A DNA stretch of 64,000 nt, taken from an uncultured delta proteobacterium. GTDB lineage: Bacteria > Myxococcota_A > Polyangia > Polyangiales > JAFGIB01. The translations under genes were made by a program, and so were the position numbers. The notes under the pieces were generated by a model. It worked only from the letters and a program-made list of their open reading frames with translations, was not told the DNA's origin and did no database searches. Location of the stretch: contig CAVZVA010000010.1 of assembly GCA_963778655.1 (NCBI GenBank), forward strand, positions 448,001-512,000, given 5' to 3'. Positions 38,712-48,672 of the stretch are shown piece by piece; the stretch's first letter is position 1; each line of letters starts with the position of its first letter.

Positions 38712-39677
38712 ATGCCGGAGCCGCCCACCTGCCGCTGGCCGGAGCCGCTCGACGCGGTGCTGCGCGAGCCGGCTGCGCGCGTGCTGCAACGCGCCTGGCC
38801 GGCGCTGCAGCCGTGGCTCGCGCAGCAGGCGTTCGGCGACACCCTGCGCGAGGCGCTCGAGCCGCTCTACGTGCCGCTGGCCGGCTGGCTCGCCACCCGC
38901 AGGCAGCGCCAGGGCACCCCGCTGATCGCCGCGATCGCGGGCGCGCAGGGCTCGGGCAAGTCGTCACTGGCCGCGCTGCTGCAGCCGCTGCTGCGCGAGG
39001 GGCTCGGGCTGCGGGCGACGGCACTTTCGCTCGACGACCTGTACCTCACGCGCGCGCAGCGTGCGCGGCTCGCGCGCGAGGTCCACCCGCTGCTGGCCAC
39101 GCGCGGGTTGCCGGGCACCCACGACGTGGCGCTCGGCCTGCGCGTGCTCGATGCGCTGCGCGATGCCGCCCCGGGCGAGCGCGTGCGCGTGCCGCGTTTC
39201 GACAAAGCGCGCGACGAGCGCGTCGAGCAAGCGCGCTGGCCGGTGTGGCGCGGGCCGACCGACCTGGTGCTGTTCGAGGGCTGGTGTCTGGGCGCCGAGC
39301 CAGAGCCGGAAGCCGCCCTGCAGCAGCCACTCAACGCCTTCGAGCGCGAGCAGGATGTGGACGGCCGCTTCCGGCGCCACGTCAACGCCCAGCTCGCCTC
39401 GTCCTACCGGCCGCTCTTCGCGCGGCTCGACGCGCTGATCTTCCTGGCGGTGCCCGATATGGCCTGCGTGCGGCGCTGGCGGGGGCGGCAGGAGCAGCAA
39501 CTGGCTGCGCGCGCGCCCGACGCGCCGGGGTTGATGGACGCGCAGCAGCTGGAGAGCTTCGTGCAGAGCTTCGAACGCATCAGCCTGCGCATGCTCGAGC
39601 AGACGCCGGCGCACGCGCAAATCGTGCTGCGGCTCAACCACGCGCACCACTTCGGCGCGCTCGAGCTCCACGGGTAG
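38712..39677 (+). CDS. P-loop kinase, D-glycerate 3-kinase (GLYK)-like
   Basis: GAQGSGKS, LSLDDLY, RGLPGTHD, PRFDK, FEGWCLG and WRGRQE motifs. Confidence 0.8.
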   Translation: MPEPPTCRWPEPLDAVLREPAARVLQRAWPALQPWLAQQAFGDTLREALEPLYVPLAGWLATRRQRQGTPLIAAIAGAQGSGKSSLAALLQPLLREGLGLRATALSLDDLYLTRAQRARLAREVHPLLATRGLPGTHDVALGLRVLDALRDAAPGERVRVPRFDKARDERVEQARWPVWRGPTDLVLFEGWCLGAEPEPEAALQQPLNAFEREQDVDGRFRRHVNAQLASSYRPLFARLDALIFLAVPDMACVRRWRGRQEQQLAARAPDAPGLMDAQQLESFVQSFERISLRMLEQTPAHAQIVLRLNHAHHFGALELHG

Positions 39678-39798
39678 CACAATCCTCCCGATCGGAGCGC
39701 CACGGCCGTGCCTCGTTGCTTTGGCTTTGCACCGAGGGCGATTCCCCGGTTTAATCGGGCAGCAGCTTCTGTTCGAACCCGAGCCCGGGAGGAGAACG

Positions 39799-40392
39799 AT
39801 GTGGATAGCGATTGGATTCATCGCAGCGCTGGTTTTACTGGCGCTGTTCGTGGTCGGCACCTACAACGGCCTGGTCGGCAAGCGCAATCGCTACAAGAAC
39901 GCGTATGCCCAGATCGACGTGCAGCTCAAGCGCCGCTACGACCTGATCCCGAATCTGGTCGAGACGGTCAAGGGCTACATGAAGCACGAGCGTGAGACGC
40001 TCGAGAACGTGATCAAGGCGCGCAACATGGCCTATACCGCGGCCCAGGGCGCGGCCCAGAACCCCGGTGACCCGACCGCGATGAAATCACTGGCCAGCGC
40101 CGAGGGGCAGCTGTCGGCGGGTCTGGGCCGGCTGCTGGCGCTGAGCGAGTCCTATCCGGACTTGAAGGCGAGTCAGAACATGCGCGACCTGACCGAGGAG
40201 TTGACCTCGACGGAGAACAAGGTCGCCTTCGCGCGCCAGGCCTACAACGACGCGGTCACGAGCTTCAACACCGCAATCCAGGTGTTTCCCGCGGTGATGT
40301 TCGCCGCGATGTTCGGTTTCAGCTCGGCCGCGCTACTGGAAGCGACCGAAAGCGCCGAGGAGCGCAAGGCGCCCAAGGTGGCCTTCAGCTGA
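39799..40392 (+). CDS. lemA: LemA family protein
   Basis: IDVQLKRRYDLIPNLVETVKGY, YPDLKAS and TENKVAFARQAYN motifs; GGAGGAG RBS. Confidence 0.93.
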   Translation: MWIAIGFIAALVLLALFVVGTYNGLVGKRNRYKNAYAQIDVQLKRRYDLIPNLVETVKGYMKHERETLENVIKARNMAYTAAQGAAQNPGDPTAMKSLASAEGQLSAGLGRLLALSESYPDLKASQNMRDLTEELTSTENKVAFARQAYNDAVTSFNTAIQVFPAVMFAAMFGFSSAALLEATESAEERKAPKVAFS

Positions 40393-40411
40393 GCTTGGGC
40401 TCCGCGCGGGC

Positions 40412-42346
40412 ATGACCAGCTTCTTCGAGCACCAAGATCGCGCGCGCCGCAACACGCGCGCGCTCGTCCTGCTGATGGCGGCCGGCATCGTCGCCATGGG
40501 CAGCGCGATCTACCTGCTGCTGGCGCTGCTGGAGCAGCACAGCCTGTCGCGCATGACCAGCATGGGCGCGCTGGAGCGGCCCCCGCTGTTTCAGCCGGAG
40601 CTGCTGCTGGCATGCATCTTCGGCACCGCGGCCACGGTGGCGCTGGCCAGCGGCGGGCGCGTGCTGTCGCTACGCGGAGGCGGCGCGCAGATCGCGGAGA
40701 TGATGGGCGGCCGACTGGCGAGCGGAAGCCCCCGCGACGGGCTGGAGAAGCGTCTGCTCAACGTGGTCGAGGAGATGGCGATCGCGGCGGGCGTACCGGT
40801 GCCGATGGTGTTCGTGCTGGAGCAGGAACAGGGCATCAATGCGTTCGCGGCGGGCTTTTCCCCCGAGGATGCCGCGATCGCGGTCACGCGCGGCTGTCTG
40901 GAGAAGCTCACGCGCGACGAGCTGCAGGGCGTGATTGGTCACGAGTTCAGCCACGTGCTCAACGGCGACATGAAGCTGAACATCCGGCTGATGGGAATCG
41001 TGTTCGGCATCGTGTGCCTGGGACTGCTAGGGCGGCTGCTGATACGTCTGGGCAGCGCCAGCGGCTACTACGCCTCGTCGCGTCGCGAGCGCGGTGGCTC
41101 GCCGGGCGCGGCGCTGTTCGTGGTCGGCCTCGGCGTGGTGGCGATCGGCGCCATCGGCGAGCTGTGCGGTAAGTTGATCAAGGCCGCGGTGAGCCGCCAG
41201 CGCGAGTTTCTGGCGGATGCCTCGGCGGTGCAGTTCACGCGCAATCCCGACGGCATCGCCGGCGCGCTGAAGAAGATCGGCGGCTGGCCCGCGGGGGCGC
41301 AGATGCAGGCCGCACACGCCGACGAGGCGAGTCACTTCTTCTTCGGCGACATCCACAAGCGCCTGTTCGACGGCAGCATGCTCGCCACGCATCCGCCGCT
41401 GGCGGAGCGCATCAAGCGCATCGATCCGAGCTTCCGCGGCGAGTTCCCGGAGCTCGGCGAAGGCGTGGCCCAGCCGGAGGACGACGCGCAGCTAAGCGGT
41501 TTCGCGGCAGCCGCGCCGGGCGCGGGGTCGCACGACGCGGAGTCGGTGGTGGCGCGCATCGGCACCACCAGCGCCCAGGGCCTGCAAGACGGCCGGCGCC
41601 TGCTCGCGGCGTTGCCGGACGCGCTGCGCGCGGCGGCACAGAGCCCGTTTGCCGCCTGTGCCATGGTGTTCGCGCTGCTGCTCGACGACACACCCGAGGT
41701 GCGGCGCGTCCAGGACGAGGCGATCGAGACGCTGGCCGGTCCTTCGCTGCTGCGCGAGACCGGGCGGCTTTTGCCGGCGCTCGCCGCGCTTTCGCGGAGC
41801 GATCGGCTGCCGCTGCTGGCGCTGCTGGCGCCTTCGCTGCGCTCGCTCAGCCCCGATCAGCGGGCGGCGTTCTCGCGCACGGTCGACGCCCTGATCGACG
41901 CCGACGCGCAGGTATCGGTGTTCGAGTACGTGCTGGGTCAGACGCTGCGCGAGCGGCTCTCGGTGGACAGCTCGGCGAAGCAGCGCGCCCGCGTGCGCTA
42001 TCGCTCGCTGCAGGCGGTGCGGAGCGAGCTGCAGCTGCTGCTGTCGTTGCTCTCGCGCGCCGGTGACGTCGACGGTGCCAGCGCCGAGGCCGCGTTTGCC
42101 GCGGCGGCGGCGCGGCTCGACGGCATGCAGCTCTCGCTGCTGCCTGCGAGCGAGCGGTTGCTGTTCGGCCTGGGGCCTGCGCTGACCGAGCTGCGCGCGC
42201 TCAGCCCACGGCTGTGCGCGCAGGTGGTCGATGCCTGCGCGCACGCGGTGCTCGCCGATCGCCGCGTCACCGAAGACGAGGACACGCTGCTGCGCGCGGT
42301 GTGCGACGCACTGGGTTGCCCGCTACCTCCGCTGGAAGCGACGTGA
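40412..42346 (+). CDS. M48 (HtpX-like) metallopeptidase
   Basis: INAFAAG, HEFSH, SRQREFLAD and THPPLAERI motifs; follows lemA. Confidence 0.9.
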   Translation: MTSFFEHQDRARRNTRALVLLMAAGIVAMGSAIYLLLALLEQHSLSRMTSMGALERPPLFQPELLLACIFGTAATVALASGGRVLSLRGGGAQIAEMMGGRLASGSPRDGLEKRLLNVVEEMAIAAGVPVPMVFVLEQEQGINAFAAGFSPEDAAIAVTRGCLEKLTRDELQGVIGHEFSHVLNGDMKLNIRLMGIVFGIVCLGLLGRLLIRLGSASGYYASSRRERGGSPGAALFVVGLGVVAIGAIGELCGKLIKAAVSRQREFLADASAVQFTRNPDGIAGALKKIGGWPAGAQMQAAHADEASHFFFGDIHKRLFDGSMLATHPPLAERIKRIDPSFRGEFPELGEGVAQPEDDAQLSGFAAAAPGAGSHDAESVVARIGTTSAQGLQDGRRLLAALPDALRAAAQSPFAACAMVFALLLDDTPEVRRVQDEAIETLAGPSLLRETGRLLPALAALSRSDRLPLLALLAPSLRSLSPDQRAAFSRTVDALIDADAQVSVFEYVLGQTLRERLSVDSSAKQRARVRYRSLQAVRSELQLLLSLLSRAGDVDGASAEAAFAAAAARLDGMQLSLLPASERLLFGLGPALTELRALSPRLCAQVVDACAHAVLADRRVTEDEDTLLRAVCDALGCPLPPLEAT

Positions 42347-42422
42347 GCCGCGCGGGCTGCTCGCGTCTGTACGGATCGCGGCCGGTTCGTTAGACTGCTG
42401 CAAACCCGCTTGGCTGGTGTGC

Positions 42423-43433
42423 ATGGCTCGATCGAAGCTGCCTTCGTCTTGGCTCGTTCTCTGGTTGTGCTCGCTGGCCGCCAGCGCGGGGGCTCAGCCC
42501 GCGCCCGACGCAGAGCTGCCGCCGGCCCCGCCACCGCCTCCTGCGGCCGCGCCCGCGGCGCCTGTGCCCGAAGGCGCGGCCTCTGCGCCCGCGTTGTCCG
42601 GAGCGGTGAGCACGCAGCCAGCGCCGGCCCCGACGCCTGCGCCCACTGCTCCGGCCGCCGCTGCGCCCGCCTGCGTGCCCGCCTGCCGCAGCGGCTACCT
42701 GTGCGAGCGCGGACAGTGCCTGTCGGCCTGCAATCCCCCGTGCCCGCAGGGCCAGCACTGCAACGGGCACGGCGAGTGCGTGGCCGAGCCCGCTGCGCCC
42801 GCGCTGCCGCCCAGCATCTTCCCGTCCGGGCCGGTCGCGCCGATCCCGCGCCCGCCCGGCGCCGAGCGCCACGACGGCTTCATGCTACGGCTGGCGCTGG
42901 GCTTCGGCGGCGCGAGCCTGAAGGAGAAGGTCAGCGGCTCGACGCTGGGCATCTCGAACGAGCAGTTCTCGGGCCTCAGCGGCAGCTTCAGCCTGGACGT
43001 GGGCGGAGCGCTCAGCGACGAGATCGTGCTGCACGGGCGGCTATCGGACTTCGTGATGGTCGACCCGAACGTGAAGGTCGACGGCGTCAGCACCGGCACC
43101 GCCACCGACAGCTCGCTGGCGGCACTGCTGCTCGCGCCCGCGGTCAGCTATTACTTCATGCCGGTCAACGTCTACCTGACGGGCGCGGTTGGTCTGTCCT
43201 GGCTCAGCATCAAGGACCCGAGCGGGGATTCGGCGTCCACCTCGGCCGGCTTCGGGCTCAACTTCGACGTCGGCAAGGAGTGGTGGGTCAGCGACGATTG
43301 GGGCCTGGGCGTGGCGGGTCGCTTCTGGTTCAGCCACGTCGCCACCAAGAACAACTCGAGTCCGACGGCCACGGTCAAGTACACCGACGACTTCATCGCC
43401 GCGGGCGTGCTGTTTTCGGCGACCTATCAGTGA
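42423..43433 (+). CDS. Outer-membrane beta-barrel protein with Pro-rich and Cys-rich N-terminus
   Basis: Signal peptide, Pro/Ala linker, Cys repeats, HDGFMLR, amphipathic strands, C-terminal SATYQ. Confidence 0.75.
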   Translation: MARSKLPSSWLVLWLCSLAASAGAQPAPDAELPPAPPPPPAAAPAAPVPEGAASAPALSGAVSTQPAPAPTPAPTAPAAAAPACVPACRSGYLCERGQCLSACNPPCPQGQHCNGHGECVAEPAAPALPPSIFPSGPVAPIPRPPGAERHDGFMLRLALGFGGASLKEKVSGSTLGISNEQFSGLSGSFSLDVGGALSDEIVLHGRLSDFVMVDPNVKVDGVSTGTATDSSLAALLLAPAVSYYFMPVNVYLTGAVGLSWLSIKDPSGDSASTSAGFGLNFDVGKEWWVSDDWGLGVAGRFWFSHVATKNNSSPTATVKYTDDFIAAGVLFSATYQ

Positions 43434-43445
43434 ACGCGGCGACGC

Positions 43446-44696
43446 TCACAGCGTGATCGGCAGCCGACCGAGCACCCGGAACAGCGATTCGCCCCATTCC
43501 GGGCGCTCGCTCTGCAGCTGCATGCGGGGAAAGCGCCGCACCAGCGCGCCGATCGCGACCTGGGTCTCGAGGCGCGCCAGGTGCGCGCCGAGGCAGAAGT
43601 GAATGCCACCGCCGAAGGCCAGGTGGGAAGCTTGCCCGCGCTCGATGTCGAAGCGGTCGGGGTCCTGATAGAGCGCCGGATCGCGGTGCGCGGACGCGAT
43701 GCACAGCAGCAGCTCGCTGTTCTTGGGGATATGCACGCCGCCTAGCTCGACATCCTCGTGCAGCACGCGTCGGGTCGCTGGGATCGGGCCGTCGAAGCGC
43801 AGGCATTCCTCCACCGCGCCGGCGATCAGCTCGGGCCGCGCCTGCAGCTTGCGCAGCTCGTCGGGGTGCAGCAGCAGCTGGCGCACGCCATTGCCGATCA
43901 GGCCGATGGTGGTCTCGAAGCCCGCCACCAGCAGCCCGACCGACTGGGTCAGCAGCTCCTCGGCGCTGAGCTTGTCGCCGTCCTCCTCGGCCCGGACCAG
44001 CACGCTCAACATGTCCTCGCCGGGACGCTTGCGGCGCTCTTCGATCAGCGCCGTCATGTAGCTCGCGAGCCCCATCGCGGCCTGGCCCGCGATCGTGCGC
44101 ATGGCCGGGCTGAGCGTCTGCGGCGCCAGCAGGTGCGTGATGTGCGCAGTCCAGTCGGTGAACTTGGGTCGATCGGACAGCGGAACGCCCAACATCTCGC
44201 AGATGATGGTCGAGGGCAGCGGCCGCGCCAGATCGGCGATCACGTCCAGCTCCCCGCGCGCCTCTACCGCGTCCAGCATGCCGTCGACAAGCTCGCGTGC
44301 GTGCGGCCGCAGCCGCTCGATCGCGGGCGGCGTGAACGCGCGGCTGACCAGGCGCCGCAAGCGGCTGTGGTTGGGCGGATCCTGCATCAGCATGAAGCGC
44401 CGCGGCATCGCGCTCTCGTCGACCCCGGGCAGCACGCCCTCGGTGGTGCGCACGCCGACCTTGAGCTCCTTGAGCACCCGCTGCACGTCGGCGTGGCGCA
44501 TCACGCGGTAGTAGCCGAGTGGCGTCTTGTGGACCGGGTATTGCTCGCGGATGCGGTTGAACGTCGGGTACGGGTTGTCGCGAAACCCGGGCTCGCCCCC
44601 GAACGGGCTCCAGCCGTGCCACTCCTCGGACGACTGCAGCACCACGGACACGTCGGCGTCTAGGTCTCGGGCCGGAGCGATCGATACGTGCGACAT
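43446..44696 (-). CDS. Cytochrome P450
   Basis: DPPNHSRLR, AGFETT, EECLR and heme motif AFGGGIHFCLG; ATG at 44696. Confidence 0.95.
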   Translation of the reverse strand: MSHVSIAPARDLDADVSVVLQSSEEWHGWSPFGGEPGFRDNPYPTFNRIREQYPVHKTPLGYYRVMRHADVQRVLKELKVGVRTTEGVLPGVDESAMPRRFMLMQDPPNHSRLRRLVSRAFTPPAIERLRPHARELVDGMLDAVEARGELDVIADLARPLPSTIICEMLGVPLSDRPKFTDWTAHITHLLAPQTLSPAMRTIAGQAAMGLASYMTALIEERRKRPGEDMLSVLVRAEEDGDKLSAEELLTQSVGLLVAGFETTIGLIGNGVRQLLLHPDELRKLQARPELIAGAVEECLRFDGPIPATRRVLHEDVELGGVHIPKNSELLLCIASAHRDPALYQDPDRFDIERGQASHLAFGGGIHFCLGAHLARLETQVAIGALVRRFPRMQLQSERPEWGESLFRVLGRLPITL

Positions 44697-44760
44697 CGGT
44701 CGAGTATACCCGATGCGCGCGCGGCGCCCGCCGGACCGTGCCCGGCGCGCGGCGCGGCGC

Positions 44761-46371
44761 TCACCGGGACCTACGTCGTCGCACGAGTGCCGCAAGCCCC
44801 AGCAGCCCGAACGCGCCGAGCCAACCCGCACCCGATCCCTGCGCCCCGGGCATGGCCGAGCACCCGCTCTTCTTCGCCGGAGCGCCGGTCGCACCGGTAC
44901 CCGCGGCACCGATGGTGACGCCGGGGCTCGCGCCCCCGGTACCGACGGCGCCGGTCCCGCCGACACCCCCGGTTCCCGACCCGACACCGCCGGTGCTGAC
45001 ACCGGGCGTTCCGCCCACGCTGCCACCGGCCCCGCCGGCAGCCGCCGCGCCCGTCCCGCCGCTGCCCCCGCTACCAATCATCTCGGCCGCCAACGGACCG
45101 CAATTCGGATCGCTGTAAGCGCCGCACACCGGCGCTTGTGCGAAGTGCCCGAAGCCGCAATACGCGTTGCATAGCTGCGGCTTGCAGGTCATGGCCATAT
45201 CCACGCCGGGACAGCTCACGAAGTCGGCGACGTCGGTCACCTTCATCATGGAGTTGAACGCGCCCGTGGTCTGATCGACCGGCCCGAACCACCAGTGCTG
45301 GCACGCGTACAGCGTGTTGTTCGCATTCTGATAGGCCAGGCACTGGACCGGGTAGTCCGCCATCGGCAGCTTGGTAGCCTGCTGGTCGAGGCTCTGGGCG
45401 AACCACAGTCCGCGCGGCAGCGTGTTGTCCGAAGTGCTGCCCGAGTCGGCGATCCACACGCGACCGTCGGGCGCAAACGCGACGCCGGGCGTCGGAGTCG
45501 ACGACGATCCGACCGGGGCCCCCCCGATCTCGGTGACCTGCAGGTAGTCGGTGAACGTGGCGCCCTGATCGCTGCTGACCCGGACCGTGTCGGTGAGGTC
45601 GGCGCCGGTGGTGCTGCTGCCCTCGGGCTTGTTGATCGCAATCACGATGCGGTCGGGGTTGCTGGGGTCGACGGCCTGCAGGCGGAGCTGGCCGTCGGTG
45701 GTGCCGTACATGTGCTCGGTCCAGGTGGTGCCGTTGTCGTCCGAGACGCGGATGACGTAGTTCGGCTTGTACGAGCCGTCCGCGGTCATCACCTGGCCGG
45801 CGACCGCGGCTTCATAGAAGCGCACGCCGCCGGCGTGCGCGACGGCGAGCAGGCGCGTGATCAAGATCGGATCCTTGGTGCCCAGATCGGACCATGTACC
45901 GCTGGCATCGCGCTTCAGAATCCCGTTGACCTTGCCGTCGCCGCCGGTCGAGGTCACCGCGTAGGTGACGTTCGGGTCATTCGGATCGGTGGCGAAATCC
46001 GCCACCCACTGTTTGTCGACGATCGGCTCGGTGGTCCAGCCACACGAATTCTTTTGGTCGTGCCACATCCCGGTGAACACGCCCATCATCATCGTTCCGT
46101 CGCCCGCAATCGCGATCGGACCGCTGTGGGTTTGCACCGGATCGAACAGGGCTTGGTCGCACAGCAGGCTCCACGTCTTGCCCGCGTCGCGCGTCACGAA
46201 CAACCCGTCGCCGCCGTTGATGTAGCGAACGACCATGACGTTGGGATCGCTCGGCTGCACGGCAAGCTGCACCAGCTGCTCGACGGGCCCGGCGTGAGCC
46301 ACGTCCGCGAATTGGAGTACCAACAAGAGCGCTACCAGCGCCCCGATTCTAATCCCATGGCGACACCACAT
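44761..46371 (-). CDS. Secreted BNR/Asp-box beta-propeller-like protein with MYXO-CTERM-type tail
   Basis: Signal peptide; TRDAGKTW, SDDNGTTW, SSDQGATF; Cys-rich segment, Gly-rich linker, SGCS..LLGLAALVRRRR. Confidence 0.8.
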   Translation of the reverse strand: MWCRHGIRIGALVALLLVLQFADVAHAGPVEQLVQLAVQPSDPNVMVVRYINGGDGLFVTRDAGKTWSLLCDQALFDPVQTHSGPIAIAGDGTMMMGVFTGMWHDQKNSCGWTTEPIVDKQWVADFATDPNDPNVTYAVTSTGGDGKVNGILKRDASGTWSDLGTKDPILITRLLAVAHAGGVRFYEAAVAGQVMTADGSYKPNYVIRVSDDNGTTWTEHMYGTTDGQLRLQAVDPSNPDRIVIAINKPEGSSTTGADLTDTVRVSSDQGATFTDYLQVTEIGGAPVGSSSTPTPGVAFAPDGRVWIADSGSTSDNTLPRGLWFAQSLDQQATKLPMADYPVQCLAYQNANNTLYACQHWWFGPVDQTTGAFNSMMKVTDVADFVSCPGVDMAMTCKPQLCNAYCGFGHFAQAPVCGAYSDPNCGPLAAEMIGSGGSGGTGAAAAGGAGGSVGGTPGVSTGGVGSGTGGVGGTGAVGTGGASPGVTIGAAGTGATGAPAKKSGCSAMPGAQGSGAGWLGAFGLLGLAALVRRRRSR

Positions 46372-46532
46372 GCTCCTGGGAGTATAGCCCTCGAGCACGA
46401 GGTGCAAGGGTCCAGTGCGGTCCCCGCGGGAGCCTTGCGTGCCAAGCACCGCCAAAGCCGCCCCCGTGTGGGGCAAAGGGCCCCGAAATTACGCCGCTAT
46501 CGCGCACGCACGCCGCGCTACCATGGGCAGTC

Positions 46533-47621
46533 ATGAAGGCAGCGGGCGAGCCGCGCGCGGCGCTGCTGCGCTGGTACGACGCGAACGCGCGCGACCTGCC
46601 GTGGCGGCGCAGCCGCGATCCATATGCGATCTGGGTCTCGGAGATCATGCTGCAGCAGACCCGCGTCGACACCGTGCTGCGCTACTACGAGCCCTTCCTG
46701 GCACGCTTTCCCACCACGCACGCGCTGGCGAGCGCCAGCGAGGACGCGGTGATGGCGGCCTGGAGCGGGCTCGGCTACTACCGCCGCGCTCGGCTACTGC
46801 ACCAGGGTGTGCGCGAGGTGGTCGAGCGCTACGGCGGCGGCGTGCCCGAGCCGCGGGAGGCGCGCAGCGCGCTGCCGGGCGTGGGCCGCTACACCGCAGG
46901 CGCGATCGGCTCGATCGCGTTCGGCAAACAGGAACCGGTGGTGGACGGCAACGTGGCGCGCGTGCTGTGCCGGGTGCTCGCGATCGACGAGCCGCCCGAG
47001 CGCGGCGCCACGCGCGCGCGGCTGTGGCAGCAGGCCGAGCGCCTGGTGCAGGGCCCGCGCCCGGGCGCGCTCAACCAGGCGCTGATGGAGCTCGGGGCGA
47101 CGCTGTGCAGCAAGCGCGCGCCGCGCTGCGCGGCTTGCCCGCTGCGGCCTTGGTGTCGCGCGCACGCGCAAGGGCGGGCCGAAGTGCTGCCCGCAACGCA
47201 GCCCAAGCGCGCGCCGCGCCCGCAGGCGCTGGTCGGGCTGCTCGCAGCCGAAGGCCGCGGCACGACGCGCGCGCTGTGGCTCGATCGCGGCCAGGGCAGC
47301 TTGTTCGGCGGGCTATGGAACCTGCCCATGGCCGAAGGCCGCGGGCGCAAGGCCGCCGCCGCGCTGCTCGCGCACAGCGGGCTGCAGGGCCGGCTCGCGC
47401 CGCGGCCGGCCGGTTCGCTCGAGCACGTGCTCACGCACCGCCGCCTGCAGCTGCAGCTCTGGCGGGTGAGCACGGCGCGCGCGGCCCCAGCCTGCGCGCT
47501 GCGCGCGGTGCCGCTGCACGCGCTGCACGAGCTCGGCGTCTCGCGCCTCACCCACAAGGCGCTCGCCTGGCTCACAGCCGAAAGCCCGGCGCGAAGCCCA
47601 GCAGCACGGGCTCGGGGCTGA
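46533..47621 (+). CDS. mutY: A/G-specific adenine glycosylase
   Basis: WVSEIMLQQT, WSGLGYYRRAR, HhH LPGVGRYTA, VDGNV and Fe-S motif CSKRAPRCAACPLRPWC. Confidence 0.95.
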   Translation: MKAAGEPRAALLRWYDANARDLPWRRSRDPYAIWVSEIMLQQTRVDTVLRYYEPFLARFPTTHALASASEDAVMAAWSGLGYYRRARLLHQGVREVVERYGGGVPEPREARSALPGVGRYTAGAIGSIAFGKQEPVVDGNVARVLCRVLAIDEPPERGATRARLWQQAERLVQGPRPGALNQALMELGATLCSKRAPRCAACPLRPWCRAHAQGRAEVLPATQPKRAPRPQALVGLLAAEGRGTTRALWLDRGQGSLFGGLWNLPMAEGRGRKAAAALLAHSGLQGRLAPRPAGSLEHVLTHRRLQLQLWRVSTARAAPACALRAVPLHALHELGVSRLTHKALAWLTAESPARSPAARARG

Positions 47622-48672
47622 GCTCGACGCCGAAGCGCGCGCGCACGCGGTCGCGGATCTCGCGCGCGAACGCGATCAGCTCGGCGCTGCTGCCGCCCCC
47701 GTGGTGCACCAGCGCCAGCGCATGCCGGCTGCTGAGCCCCACTGCACCCCGGCGTTCGCCCTTGCGCAGCCCGGCGCGCTCGATCAGCCAGGCGGCCGCG
47801 AGCTTGACCCGGCCCTCACCCGCAGCGTAGCGCGGCAGCTCCTCGGCGGCGGCGATCAAGCCCTCCTCCAAGGCCTGCCGCGCGAGCCGCTCGGCGGCCT
47901 CGGCACTGACGACCGGGTTGGTGAAGAACGAGCCCGCGCTGCGGCCGTTCTCGTCGGCCGGGTCGAGCAACATCGACTTGGCGCGCCGCAGCGCGAGCAC
48001 CGCCTGCCGCACCTGCTGCAGCGTCGGCTCCGGGTGTCGAGCCTGCACGGCCGCGCGCAGCTCGGCGTAGCGCAGCGCGGGCTCGCCGCCCGAGCGCAAT
48101 TCGAAGCGCACCGAGAGCACCACGAAGCGCTCCGGGTCGCGTTTGAACGCGCTATCGCGGTAAGCGAAACCGCAGCCGGCAGGCTCGAGCGTGAGGATCT
48201 GCAGCGTGCGCCGGTCGAGCACCCGCACCGCCGCGATCGTCTCCGCCACCTCCTGGCCGTACGCGCCCACGTTCTGGATCGGCGTGGCGCCGACCAGGCC
48301 GGGGATGCCGGACAGGCATTCGATGCCCGCCAGCTCGCGCGCGACCGCCAGCTCCACCAACGCGTCCCACGGCTCGCCCGCGGCCGCTTCCACGCTCGCG
48401 ACCGCGCCGCGCAGCGAGATCGCGATGCCGCGCAGCTTCATCTGCACCACCAGGCCGTCGAAGCCTGCGTCGCTCACCACCAGGTTGCTGCCGGCGCCCA
48501 AGATCGCGACCGGCAGCTCCCGCTCGGCGGCCCAGCGTAGCGCCTCGATCACGCCAGCCTCGTCCTCTGCGCGCAAGCCGTAGCGCGCGCGGCCGCCCAG
48601 CTGCAGCGTGGTGCGCTCGCCGAGCGGCGCGTCGCGTTCGAGCGACGGCGGGCTCGTCTGCCCCGCGCTCAG
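47572..48672 (-). CDS. murB: UDP-N-acetylmuramate dehydrogenase; probable CTG start
   Basis: TTLQLGG, GAGSNL, GIPGLVGATPIQNVGAYG, FAYRDS, SAGSFFTNP, AAWLIE and HALAL motifs. Confidence 0.9.
   Translation of the reverse strand: MSAGQTSPPSLERDAPLGERTTLQLGGRARYGLRAEDEAGVIEALRWAAERELPVAILGAGSNLVVSDAGFDGLVVQMKLRGIAISLRGAVASVEAAAGEPWDALVELAVARELAGIECLSGIPGLVGATPIQNVGAYGQEVAETIAAVRVLDRRTLQILTLEPAGCGFAYRDSAFKRDPERFVVLSVRFELRSGGEPALRYAELRAAVQARHPEPTLQQVRQAVLALRRAKSMLLDPADENGRSAGSFFTNPVVSAEAAERLARQALEEGLIAAAEELPRYAAGEGRVKLAAAWLIERAGLRKGERRGAVGLSSRHALALVHHGGGSSAELIAFAREIRDRVRARFGVELSPEPVLLGFAPGFRL

Noticed and set aside
38409..38789. Small ORFs sharing peptides (RAPNILKRVRSRG..., MTDHDSGTAMPIGHL, LEHRTY)
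   Set aside because: They are translations of the repeat elements; no evidence of coding
44860..45075. Quasi-tandem GC repeats
   Set aside because: Explained by the Gly/Thr-rich linker codons of the MYXO-CTERM-type protein
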